Origin: Alphaproteobacteria bacterium
GTDB lineage: Bacteria > Pseudomonadota > Alphaproteobacteria > MPNO01
Direction: 5' to 3'
Assembly: GCA_965248835.1 (NCBI GenBank)
Contig: CBDFLJ010000002.1
Location: 1,696,001 to 1,760,000 of the forward strand
Length of the DNA: 64,000 nucleotides
Each line of letters starts with the position of its first letter. Within the stretch, counting starts at the first letter, position 1. The translations under genes were made by a program, and so were the position numbers. Of this stretch, positions 29,325 to 38,484 are shown piece by piece. Below the pieces are notes generated by a model. That model saw nothing but the letters and a program-made list of their open reading frames with translations. It made no database searches and was not told where the DNA came from.

Positions 29325-30446
29325 ATGCCCAACCTTACCCTCACCGAGGCCCGCGTCAGGGCGCTCACGCGCCGCAAGGCCGCCTACGACATCCGCGACG
29401 GCCAGCTCAGGGGCTTCGGCGTCCGGGTGCTGCACTCGGGTCGGAAACGTTTCTTCGTCCACTGCCAGCATCGCGGAGAACGCGTCTGGAAGATCATTGG
29501 CGACGCCGGGACCATAACCGTGACAGAGGCGCGATCCCGCGCCGCCGAAATGCTTGCAGCAATCCGGCGGGGCGAGGACGCACCCTGCCGGCCCGACGAA
29601 ACGCTCTTCGAGGCCGTCGCCGAGACCGTGTTCGAGCGCTACGCGCGGGTCTGGAAGGCCGGGACGCTTTATGTCAACCGGAGCTATCTCCGCAATCAGC
29701 TCCTGCCGCGCTTCGCGGGGCGCGCCATCGCCGATATCGACCCTGAGGACGTCCGCAAGTGGTTCGCCGCCCTGCGCGCGACGCCGGTCGCGGCCGACAG
29801 GTCCATGCCGGTTCTGTCCGTCATCATGAGAGAGGCGGAACGGATGGGCCTTCGGCCGGAGGGGTCCAACCCCTGCCGGGGCATCCGGCGCTATCGCCGG
29901 AAGGGGCGCGAGCGCTTCCTGTCGGACGACGAGATCCGCCGGGTCTCCGCCAGGCTGTCGGCGCATCAGCCTGCACAACCGCAACAGGTCGCCGCCATCC
30001 GGCTCCTTCTCCTGACGGGCTGCCGCAAGAGCGAAATCCTGACCCTGCGCTGGTCCGATTACCGCGAGAGACATCTCTTCCTGCGCGATAGCAAGACCGG
30101 ACCCCGAACCGTCTGGCTGTCGCAGCCGGCCAGGCGCATCCTCGACATGCTGGGGCGGACGAGCCCATGGGTCTTTCCGGCGTCGCGAACGAACCGCCCT
30201 CGGAGCACGCAGTGGCTGCACAACTTCTGGCACCGTCTCCGTAGGGAGACGGAGCTGTGCGATGTGCGTCTTCACGATTTGCGCCATACCCATGCGAGCC
30301 TTGCACTGAGACAGGGCGAAACCGTCCTGGCGATCGGCAGGCTGCTCGGTCACCGGAATCCGGAGACGACGCTCAAATACACGCATCTGGCCGACACAAT
30401 GGTTCGCGAAGCTGCCGAGACGGTCGGCGCCGTGCTGGAGGGCTGA
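29325..30446 (+). CDS. Tyrosine recombinase/integrase with N-terminal arm-binding domain
   Basis: GFGVRV arm domain; catalytic R (TGCRKSE), K (DSKTG), HDLRH, LGH, Y (LKYTH) all present. Confidence 0.93.
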   Translation: MPNLTLTEARVRALTRRKAAYDIRDGQLRGFGVRVLHSGRKRFFVHCQHRGERVWKIIGDAGTITVTEARSRAAEMLAAIRRGEDAPCRPDETLFEAVAETVFERYARVWKAGTLYVNRSYLRNQLLPRFAGRAIADIDPEDVRKWFAALRATPVAADRSMPVLSVIMREAERMGLRPEGSNPCRGIRRYRRKGRERFLSDDEIRRVSARLSAHQPAQPQQVAAIRLLLLTGCRKSEILTLRWSDYRERHLFLRDSKTGPRTVWLSQPARRILDMLGRTSPWVFPASRTNRPRSTQWLHNFWHRLRRETELCDVRLHDLRHTHASLALRQGETVLAIGRLLGHRNPETTLKYTHLADTMVREAAETVGAVLEG

Positions 30447-30449
30447 GGC

Positions 30450-31047
30450 ATGGCAAGCAAGGAACGCATGCGGCTTAGCGACGCCGCCGTCGCCCGCCAT
30501 CGCCCTCGCGAGCGGGAATATACGGTCTGGGACACGCGCATTGCCGGTCTCGGCGTCCGGGTTCGACCGTCCGGTGGGCGGAGCTGGATATTCCTGCGCA
30601 AGACCGGCGGTGGGACTCGCAGGATATTCCTCGGTCAGGCGGAGCTGAAGACAGTCGAGGAGGTTCGCCGCGAGTGCCATGCGCTCGCGGCGGAACCCGG
30701 CAGCGAGGACAAGCCGGACAAGATCCGCCATGCTGTCCCGTCGTTCCGGGACTTCGTCGCCGGCACATGGAAAGAGGCCCATTGCGACCGCTACAAGCCG
30801 TCAACCCAAAGGGGCGTGCGATCCATCCTCGCCGGGCAACTGCTGCCCGCCTTCGGATCGAAACCGCTGGACCGCATATCCCCGACACAGGTCAGGCGCT
30901 GGTTCGACATATACAGCCGAACCGCCCCGGGCGGCGCCAACCGTGCTCTCGACCTTCTCCGGCAGATCATGAACGTCGCGGTTGCCTGCAGCCATATCGA
31001 CACCAACCCGGCGCGCGGCGTCAAAAGGAACCGGCGAGCGGCGCTCA
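30450..31047 (+). pseudogene. Second tandem integrase, N-terminal half only
   Basis: YTVWD...GLGVRVRPSG arm domain and core-binding region up to NPARGVKRN; no catalytic domain; ORF runs on into unrelated sequence. Confidence 0.8.
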
Positions 31048-31472
31048 ACCACGTCGCCCTCCACCACGACGCGAGCGCCAGCGCCGGGCGCTACAACAAG
31101 CGCCTCCTGCCCAAGGCCGCGTTCGCCTCGATGACCGCGACCATGAGTCAAATCAGGAAGACGCACTATGAGCAGACCTTGCCCTGGGACGACCAGGGCA
31201 GCCGGCTGCTGACCGTCGCCAACTACGAGCGCTACACCGATCTTCTGGACGCGCTCCGGGAGCGCGTGGTGCGCGAGCGCGCCCGCTTCATCGAGGACTA
31301 CGACAGCAACATCGACCAGGCCCGGCTCGACCTCGGAAAGCTGTTCCGCATCGACGACTATCCCTCGAAGGAGGCGCTGCAAGGCAGGTTTGCGATCCGC
31401 TACCGCATCACCCCGGTCCCGGACGCGGACCATTTCATCGCGAAGCTCGCCTGCGACGACACCGACCGGGTC
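31048..31472 (+). pseudogene. Internal fragment of a phage/ICE protein (DUF3150-like), fused in frame to the integrase fragment
   Basis: AGRYNKRLLPK...HYEQTLPW..G.RLL...LGKLF..DYPS...F pattern; lacks own start and end. Confidence 0.5.
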
Positions 31473-31861
31473 ATCCATTTCTCAAAGATCGTGACCTCGG
31501 CGTGATGCGGATGGCGCTCGCGTTCAGGTTCGTCGAGCCAGCCCAGAAAACGCAGCCACTGGACTCCGCTGCTGGCAAACTGTTTGCGCGCCTTGGTGGA
31601 AGCCGCCCGGTCGCATCTGCGCCCTCTCGGTCGTGCCCAGATCGCCGCTGCAGCCTCGATCCGGGGAATGCTGACCCTGTCGCCCTCTTGTAAATCCAGA
31701 ATCCGGACAAGGTTGAGCTGGGCGTTGGCCCATTTGCGCAGGGTGCTTCGACAAGAGCCGACTTCCCTGAGATGGTGAAGGTATCGCTTCCGCTGCTCGG
31801 CCAGCGGCGCGGCCTCGTACTTGGTGATGAATGCGGGAAGGATGAAGAGTTCGTCGAACAT
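31472..31861 (-). pseudogene. RIT element RitA-like recombinase, N-terminal fragment
   Basis: MFDELF...APLAEQRKRYL.HL...STLR...WLRFLGWL resembles RitA N-termini; GGAGG RBS; truncated after FEKWM. Confidence 0.65.
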
Positions 31862-31916
31862 GATCGTACCTCCGTAAAGATGGAGTTCCGATCATGCCAG
31901 CGGCGCCGCGTCGTAC

Positions 31917-32026
31917 CATTATGTTGCGGTGATTGTGACGCCTGCCAGACCGGATGGGTCCGGCACGAGCCACAGCAACATAATGAGCACCGCAACATAT
32001 TCGCACTTATGTGCAATTCAACATAA
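31917..32026. repeat. RIT-type terminal repeat array
   Basis: CATTATGTTGCGGTG (31917-31931) inverted with CACAGCAACATAATG (31971-31985); further copies CACCGCAACATA (31988) and TTATGTG..CAACATAA (32007-32026). Confidence 0.7.
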
Positions 32027-32840
32027 GACCGATGCCGCGACGGCCGAGCACGGCGACCTCCTCGATCTCATCGGCCATCGTGTGAATGCGCCGACGCTGC
32101 GCACGGCGCTCGACGAGGCCCGCGCCTTCCTCGTCCGGCCGGCTCCGCCGCCCGGAGGCGAGGGCGGCGCCTACGACGCGGCGGAAGCGGCGCGGCGCCT
32201 GTGGCGGCGTTGCCGCGCCATCGACGGCACCCATGCCGAGAGCTATCTCCGCGCCCGCGGCCTCGCGCGCTGCCGCTTCGCGGCGCTGCGCTTCCACCCC
32301 GAGCTTCGCTACCGCGAAGGCGCCTCCGTCCGCCCCCTGCCGGCGCTGGTCGCCGCCGTCACCGGCGACGACGACGCCGTCTGCGGCGTGCAGCGCACCT
32401 GGCTCGACCCCCGCTCACCCGCCAAGGCGGGTGTCGCGGCGCCTCGCAAGGCGCTCGGGCGCATCTTCGGACGCGCCGTTCGCTTCGGCGCCATTCCCGC
32501 CGACGGTCTCGCTTCGCTCGTCGTCGGCGAGGGCATCGAGACCGTGCTCTCGCTGGTCACCGCCGTACCGGAAATCACCGCCGCCGCGGCGCTCTCCGCC
32601 GGCAGCCTCGGCGCCTTCTCGGCCCCGCCCGGCGTCGCGCGCCTCGTCATCGCCCGCGACAACGATCCCGAAGGGGAACGAGCGGCCGAACGCCTCGCCC
32701 GGCGCTGCGCTCAGGTCTCCGTCACCGCCGCCGTCATCGTCCCCGAGCACGCCGACTTCAACGACGACCTCGTCACCCTCGGCGCCGACGCGCTCCGCGC
32801 GCGGCTCGCGCCCCTGTTCCGCGCCGGGGCCTGCGAGTGA
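32027..32840 (+). pseudogene. Toprim-domain (primase-like) ICE/plasmid protein, 5'-truncated
   Basis: DAAT.EHGDLLDLI, AESYLRARG, LRFHP, GVQRTWL, GEGIET, ARDND, DFNDDL; starts abruptly at the RIT end. Confidence 0.8.
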
Positions 32841-32884
32841 GAGAGAGCGCCCGTGCGGGCGAGCGCAATCAGGGGAGAGAGAGC

Positions 32885-33202
32885 ATGGCCCGCATCGTCA
32901 ATCTCGGGCACGAGCCGGACGCAGAAGCCGCCGGCGCCGTGCGCATCGACCGCCGCACGCAGTGGGGCAACCGATTCCGCATCGGACCCGACGGCAACCG
33001 CGAGCAGGTCATCGCGCGTTATCGCGCCGACCTTTGGCGGCGCATCCGCGCGGGCGAGTTGGCGCTTGACCGTCTCGCTGCGCTCGACGGCGAGCGCCTC
33101 GCCTGCTGGTGCGCGCCCCACCCCTGCCACGGCGACGTGCTCGTCCGCGCCGCGGCCTGGGCCGCCGCCGTGCTCAAGGCCCGCGAGGGGAGAGTGAAGT
33201 GA
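32885..33202 (+). CDS. DUF4326 domain protein
   Basis: IDR.TQWGN.F.IG.DG.R..VI.RY and LACWCAP.PCHGDVL signature. Confidence 0.85.
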   Translation: MARIVNLGHEPDAEAAGAVRIDRRTQWGNRFRIGPDGNREQVIARYRADLWRRIRAGELALDRLAALDGERLACWCAPHPCHGDVLVRAAAWAAAVLKAREGRVK

Positions 33203-33350
33203 GCGGGGAGCGAATGGCGCGGAGAGCGAGAGGGAGTTCCGCCGCGACACCATCACGCAACCAGGAGCCCGGCATGAGTCACGTCACTTTCAAGCGCATC
33301 GATCCGCACGAGTCTCGCATCTTTTCCGAGGGCGACCATGTCGGCGACGT

Positions 33351-33722
33351 TTATCGCCAGCGCGACATCCTCATCCAGGCCCGCACCCGGTCGATGGTGG
33401 CCAGCCGAGGCGAGACGCCCTTGCGAAGCCGTGCCACGAAGGACGGATCGCCGGCCGCGTCGAGCCCCAGCAGATAGGCCTTGGTCCGGGTGACGGAGAG
33501 GAACGCCTCGATCTCGCGCCGGAAGGCAGGGCCGATCGGCGCCTCGCCCATGAAGACGAGCAGCCGGTCCGCGGTATCGAGCCGGAGCGAGCGCCCGCGC
33601 GCCAGCGAGGCAATGAAGCCGGGGTCGCCCAGCGCAACCTCACCGAAGCGCCGGCCGCTGATCCGGTGGCGCTCGATGTAGCCTTCGACGGTTCGGCGCA
33701 GGGTTATCGTGTGGGTATCCAT
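33351..33722 (-). CDS. Cro-like HTH protein with internally duplicated domain (C-terminus probably truncated)
   Basis: Two repeats: VEGYIERH..S.RRFG..ALGDP.F...L.RGRS.RL.TADR and IEAFL...T....LG..AAGDP.FV.RLRKG.SPRL.TIDRV; divergent from CI-like gene. Confidence 0.7.
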   Translation of the reverse strand: MDTHTITLRRTVEGYIERHRISGRRFGEVALGDPGFIASLARGRSLRLDTADRLLVFMGEAPIGPAFRREIEAFLSVTRTKAYLLGLDAAGDPSFVARLRKGVSPRLATIDRVRAWMRMSRWR

Positions 33723-33752
33723 GGGACGGGAACGTAAACGGAACGAATTGCG

Positions 33753-33782
33753 TTGACAATAGGATGAGTTAGTGAATATCCT
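33753..33782 (+). promoter_or_regulatory. Putative sigma70 promoter in the cro/cI intergenic region
   Basis: TTGACA (33753-33758), 18 bp spacer, TATCCT (33777-33782). Confidence 0.45.
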
Positions 33783-33813
33783 GCACAACACGACAGACCT
33801 GCGAGGACCTGCT

Positions 33814-34506
33814 ATGGAAAGCGATCCGATACGGGAAAAGATTAAGGACCTGCTCCGGCGCCGCGACCTCAACATGAGGGAGGCCTCGGTCCGGATGGGG
33901 AGGAACGTCACCTACCTCCACCAGTTCCTCACCCGCGGTCAGCCCAGGGTGCTGGGCTACAAGGACAGCGAGACCCTCGCCGAGCTGCTCGGCTGCGATG
34001 TCGACGAACTCCGCCACGACACCGTGCCCAGGCGAAAGCAATCAAAGAGAAAGCGCCGCCCGGCCCCGGCCGGGCTTCCCGGCGTGCCGCTCTCGAGCGT
34101 GCCCGAGATGGAGGTCGAGGCGTCGGCGGGACCGGGCGCGCTCGCCGACGAGTTCGTCATCGAGAAGGCGCGCTGGTTCCTGCCCGAGGGGATGATCCGT
34201 TACGAGGGCGATGCGAGCCCGGACGATCTCCGCATACTCAGGGTGCGGGGAAATTCGATGGAACCCGAGCTGCGCGAGGGCGACCGGCTCATGGTTGATA
34301 CCGCCCGGCGGATCCCGGCTACCGGGGAGATGTTCGTCCTATGGGACGGCACCGGCCTCGTCGTCAAGCGGGTCGAGCATGTGCGCGACGCCGCCCCGCC
34401 CCGTCTCCGGCTGAAATCCACGAATTCGGACTATGACGACTACACCTGCGATCCCGAGGAGGCCCACATCGTCGGTAAGGTGCTGTGGACCGTGAGACGT
34501 GTGTGA
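33814..34506 (+). CDS. CI/LexA-like repressor with S24 peptidase domain
   Basis: N-terminal HTH (S..MGRN.TYLHQF..RG.PR.L), AG cleavage site (ASAGPG), GNSMEP catalytic Ser, VVKR catalytic Lys. Confidence 0.9.
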   Translation: MESDPIREKIKDLLRRRDLNMREASVRMGRNVTYLHQFLTRGQPRVLGYKDSETLAELLGCDVDELRHDTVPRRKQSKRKRRPAPAGLPGVPLSSVPEMEVEASAGPGALADEFVIEKARWFLPEGMIRYEGDASPDDLRILRVRGNSMEPELREGDRLMVDTARRIPATGEMFVLWDGTGLVVKRVEHVRDAAPPRLRLKSTNSDYDDYTCDPEEAHIVGKVLWTVRRV

Positions 34507-34750
34507 GAGGCGGCGGAACTGACGGACCAGCGAGCTACCAAACAGAACCTCACACCCGTTCAACCGATGATCCGGCCAAAAGCGCTGCCGCTATCGTCTC
34601 TAGGCTCCCCCATCAGGTTTTGGATCGGTTCAGTCCGTTCCGAGCATCATCACCAGACGTCAAGGCTGGATAAAGCGGTCGCTATATTGCCAATTCTGTA
34701 GTATTTTTCACTTTACGTTCAGCAGACCCGACTGAGAGGCAAGGCGGTCG

Positions 34751-34963
34751 ATGGTTGACACCGACGTCATGACCGTGCGCGAGGTGGCTGAGTACCTGAA
34801 GGTCAAGGAGCGCACGATTTATCGATTGGTTGCCGGAGCAGGCATACCGGCATTCAAGGTGGGCGGTTCCTGGCGGTTCAGGAAGGGAGAAATCGACCAG
34901 TGGACCGAATCACACGCAATCGGGCCGGATGACGCGGTGGATAGGGCGGAGCGGTCGCAATGA
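34751..34963 (+). CDS. Excisionase-like HTH_17 DNA-binding protein, first gene of the defence operon
   Basis: MTVREVAEYLKV.ERTIYRL...IPAFKVGGSWRF; ATGA overlap with next gene. Confidence 0.9.
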   Translation: MVDTDVMTVREVAEYLKVKERTIYRLVAGAGIPAFKVGGSWRFRKGEIDQWTESHAIGPDDAVDRAERSQ

Positions 34964-37900
34964 CAGTCCCAACGATTTTCGAGGCATGCCGTCCACGGGA
35001 GGACGTCCTCAAAGGGGCGATCACCGAAGCCGACTTTGCCGCGGATCTGGCGCAGGTCATCGTCGGCAAGGGAAATGTCGAATATCTCGACCCGGTACGC
35101 TTCTTCGCCAACACCTATCCCACGAGGGGCCTCAAGAACCTGCTCGCCAACGTGTGCCGCCGTCTGACCGGCGCTGGCGGCGAAGTCGCGGCAATCTTCC
35201 GTCTCGATACGTCCTACGGTGGCGGCAAGACTCACGGGCTTATCGCGCTGACGCACGCCGCGCACGGTATGAAGGGTGTCGCGAATGTCGGGGAGTTCAT
35301 CGACCCTTCACTGCTACCCGATAGTCGTGTTCGCGTTGCGGCCTTCGATGGTGAAAACGCCGATCCTGCCAACGGCCGGGCCATGGGCGAGGGCGTTCTC
35401 GCTTACACGCCCTGGGGAGAAATCGCTTACGCGCTCGCCGGCAAGGATGGATATGAGCGGGTCCGCAAGAGCGATGAGAGCCGCATCGCGCCCGGCGCCG
35501 AGACCCTGCGCGAGCTGTTCGGCGGCGATCCGACGCTGATCCTGCTGGACGAGCTTTCCGTTTATCTGCGCAAGGTGCGCAACCTTGAGGACGCCCGCGA
35601 TCAGTTGACGGCGTTCCTGACCTCGTTGTTCAAGGCCGTCGAAAGCGCGCCTAATGCCGCCATGGTCTATACGCTGGCGATCGGCAAGGACGGCCGGGCA
35701 ACCGACGCCTATAACGAAGAAAACCAGTTTATCGCCGACAACATGGCGGAAGCGGAGAGCGTTTCCGCTCGCAAGGCAACGCTTTTGAACCCCACCGAGG
35801 AGGACGAAACGGTTCAGGTCCTCCGCCGTCGGCTGTTTGAATCCATTGACGAGACAAAAATTCCGGCGGTTGCCGATGCGTACCGGGCTCTGTGGGGGAC
35901 CAATAGAGAGTCCCTGGCCGACGATGCGGCCCGTTCCGAAACCGTCGAGGCATTCCGGTCGAGTTACCCGCTGCATCCGGAAGTCCTGGAAACCCTGACC
36001 GGCAAGACAGCGACGCTCGGCAATTTTCAGCGCGTACGCGGCATGCTGCGGTTGCTGGCGCGAACAATCTCGCATCTTTGGGAACAGAAGCCTGAGGACG
36101 CGACGGCAATTCACCTTCACCATATCGATCCGGGCTACGAGCAGATCCGCCAGGAGATCGTCACGCGCCTCGGGCAGACCGCTTACCTGCCGGCCATTAC
36201 TAACGACATCGCCGCCGGATCGGTCGAAAAGAAGGCATTAGCAGAAGAGATCGACGCCGAGCACCACGGCGGCATGGCCCCCTATGCCGTCTATGTCGCC
36301 CGAACCATCTTTATGCATACGCTCGCCTTCAATGACCCGCTCAAGGGGGTTTCGCCGGAACGGTTACGCTATTCACTCCTTGGCCCCGCGACGGACATCA
36401 GCTTCATCGAGGAAGCGCGCAAGAAGTTCATTGCCGAGTCCGCCTACCTCGACGACCGTCCCGGAGCGCCGATGCGCTTCCTCGCCGAAGCCAATCTTCG
36501 GCAAATCATTCGCCGCGAGGAACAGCATGTCGATGCCGGGCAAGCCCGCGCCGAGCTCAACGACCGCATCCGCCAGATATTCGGCGGCAGGACATTTGAC
36601 ACGGTCCCGTTTCCGGGAGGGCCGTTCGACGTTCCCGACGAGGTCGGCGACGGCCGCCCGAAGCTCGTCGTACTGGCCTATGACGGGGTCACCATCGGCG
36701 GCACCGTGGAGAGCGTCCCTGAACTCATCGAACGGATTTACTCGCGTAAGGGCTCCGAGGGTTCCGACCTGAGGGCCTTGCGCAACAATCTGGTGTTCGT
36801 GGTCGCCGACGAGGCCCGCCGGGAGGAAATGCGGCGCAAGAGCTATCAGCGTCTGGCTTTGCGGGAGCTCAAGAAGCCCGAGCGACTGCTCGATCTCGCC
36901 GACCACCAGCAGGCCCAGATACGTGAACTGGAGGCAAGATCAGAACAGGAACTCGCGATCGCCATCCAACAGTGCTACCGACATGTTTTCTACCCGTCTC
37001 GCAATCGAGTCGGCGAAAGTGTGGCCGACTTGGCCCACTCGGCAGTCGATGTCCATTCCACTTCCGATCAGCCTGGGGCGGGCCAACAGCAGATTGTGCG
37101 GGCGTTGCGCGATCTAAAAAAGTTGCGCCTGTCCGAGGACGAACCGGATTCTCCCTCCTATGTGCGGGATCGCACGCCCCTCAAGAAAGGCCAGATCACG
37201 ACGCTTGCGCTGCGCGACGAGTTTCGGCGCGATCCAGCACTGCCCATCCTGGTCGGCGACGACATTTTCATTCGCGGAGTCCGGCGCGGCATCGAGCAAA
37301 GCGAGTACGTGTATCAGCGCGGTGAGTTGATGTTCGGCCCCGGAGACCCGCCGGCCAGCATCATGATCGATGAGCAGTCCGTGGTCTTCACCATGGTCTG
37401 CGCGAAAAATCTCGCCGTCTGGCCCCGGCCGAAGCCGGGGGAGCCTGTACCGGACAAGGACAAAGGCAAACCGGCGGATGATCCGGGCGCGATACCCGGC
37501 GGCGGGTCTGGCGCCGACGCGGGAACCGAGCCCATTGGAGGGCATCCTGTTGGGGGAGCACCCGGATCTATTTCCGCCGAAGGCGTTCTCAAGGAAGCGC
37601 TGGTTCAGTTGTGGGAACAGGCCCGGGCCAAGGATGTCGAGAATGTCGGGATTTTGACTATCCGCATGTTCGAGGCTGGCGACGCCTTCCGTCTTCTGGG
37701 CGCCGTAGGCGCCGTATCTGGAGCGGAGAAGACCGTCACCATTACGGGCGGCTATGAGACCCGCGAGGGCGGCTCGTTCGAGCTGGAGTTTCGAGGACCG
37801 GTACCCGACGCCCAACCGGTAAAGGAGTTCCTTGAACCCCAACTGCGGGACGCAACTTCCAAGAATCTCCAGGCGGGTTTCGAGTTGACGTTTGCCGAAG

Positions 37901-38004
37901 GTCTTTCGATGCGCGGCGACGCAGCCGAGAAGTTCACCGAACGCCTTTCCAAGTTTGCGAGCGGGGCTGCGTACGTGTCGGCCACGGCGGAGGTAAAGGC
38001 GTAG
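34960..38004 (+). CDS. DUF499 AAA+ ATPase (restriction-like/BREX-related system)
   Basis: FAADL, FF.NTYPT.G, Walker A YGGGKTH, Walker B LILLDE, LRRRLF, SYPLHPE, FQRVRG.LRLL. Confidence 0.9.
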   Translation: MTVPTIFEACRPREDVLKGAITEADFAADLAQVIVGKGNVEYLDPVRFFANTYPTRGLKNLLANVCRRLTGAGGEVAAIFRLDTSYGGGKTHGLIALTHAAHGMKGVANVGEFIDPSLLPDSRVRVAAFDGENADPANGRAMGEGVLAYTPWGEIAYALAGKDGYERVRKSDESRIAPGAETLRELFGGDPTLILLDELSVYLRKVRNLEDARDQLTAFLTSLFKAVESAPNAAMVYTLAIGKDGRATDAYNEENQFIADNMAEAESVSARKATLLNPTEEDETVQVLRRRLFESIDETKIPAVADAYRALWGTNRESLADDAARSETVEAFRSSYPLHPEVLETLTGKTATLGNFQRVRGMLRLLARTISHLWEQKPEDATAIHLHHIDPGYEQIRQEIVTRLGQTAYLPAITNDIAAGSVEKKALAEEIDAEHHGGMAPYAVYVARTIFMHTLAFNDPLKGVSPERLRYSLLGPATDISFIEEARKKFIAESAYLDDRPGAPMRFLAEANLRQIIRREEQHVDAGQARAELNDRIRQIFGGRTFDTVPFPGGPFDVPDEVGDGRPKLVVLAYDGVTIGGTVESVPELIERIYSRKGSEGSDLRALRNNLVFVVADEARREEMRRKSYQRLALRELKKPERLLDLADHQQAQIRELEARSEQELAIAIQQCYRHVFYPSRNRVGESVADLAHSAVDVHSTSDQPGAGQQQIVRALRDLKKLRLSEDEPDSPSYVRDRTPLKKGQITTLALRDEFRRDPALPILVGDDIFIRGVRRGIEQSEYVYQRGELMFGPGDPPASIMIDEQSVVFTMVCAKNLAVWPRPKPGEPVPDKDKGKPADDPGAIPGGGSGADAGTEPIGGHPVGGAPGSISAEGVLKEALVQLWEQARAKDVENVGILTIRMFEAGDAFRLLGAVGAVSGAEKTVTITGGYETREGGSFELEFRGPVPDAQPVKEFLEPQLRDATSKNLQAGFELTFAEGLSMRGDAAEKFTERLSKFASGAAYVSATAEVKA

Positions 38005-38484
38005 ATGGCTCGCCTGGAACGCATTTCCCTCGTCGATACACCGGGCTCGGCGCCCCAGTACGAACTCCGGGTGCGCAATCACGGCCCGGGGGATGCCGAG
38101 TACGAAATCTGGCAGATGCCTGCATCGGCGACACCGCAGGTGACTTCCGCGATACGCGTTGCCGGGCTTCGCGGCCGTAATTTCGATCTCGTCGAGCACC
38201 GGGTGCTCAAGCGTCTAGCACGGGCCGGAATTAAGCTCGGTTCTGGGACAGACAACAAGAAGCGCGGCTACACACTGACTGAGGACTTAGCGTTGATCTT
38301 GGGGTTGCTGTTCCGCAGCCTCGCCCCCATGCGCAATCGCGACAACATGCGTGCAGTCGCTGAAGGTATCGAGGCCATGGCGCGCGAGGAGGCCGCGTAC
38401 TGGTTAGGTATGGCCATACATAGAAAGAACCCGCGCCGAGTGTTGACGGCGCTCCGGTTTCTGCTGACGAATCCGAAACGATGA
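38005..38484 (+). CDS. Small partner protein of the DUF499 system (DUF3780-like position)
   Basis: Directly follows the ATPase; C-terminal M.REEAAYWLG...R...ALR.LL; assignment mainly by synteny. Confidence 0.6.
   Translation: MARLERISLVDTPGSAPQYELRVRNHGPGDAEYEIWQMPASATPQVTSAIRVAGLRGRNFDLVEHRVLKRLARAGIKLGSGTDNKKRGYTLTEDLALILGLLFRSLAPMRNRDNMRAVAEGIEAMAREEAAYWLGMAIHRKNPRRVLTALRFLLTNPKR

Noticed and set aside
31917-32026. Short repeat cluster as a possible CRISPR or iteron array
   Set aside because: Repeats are short, in mixed orientation and lack regular spacers; better explained as a RIT end; no cas genes
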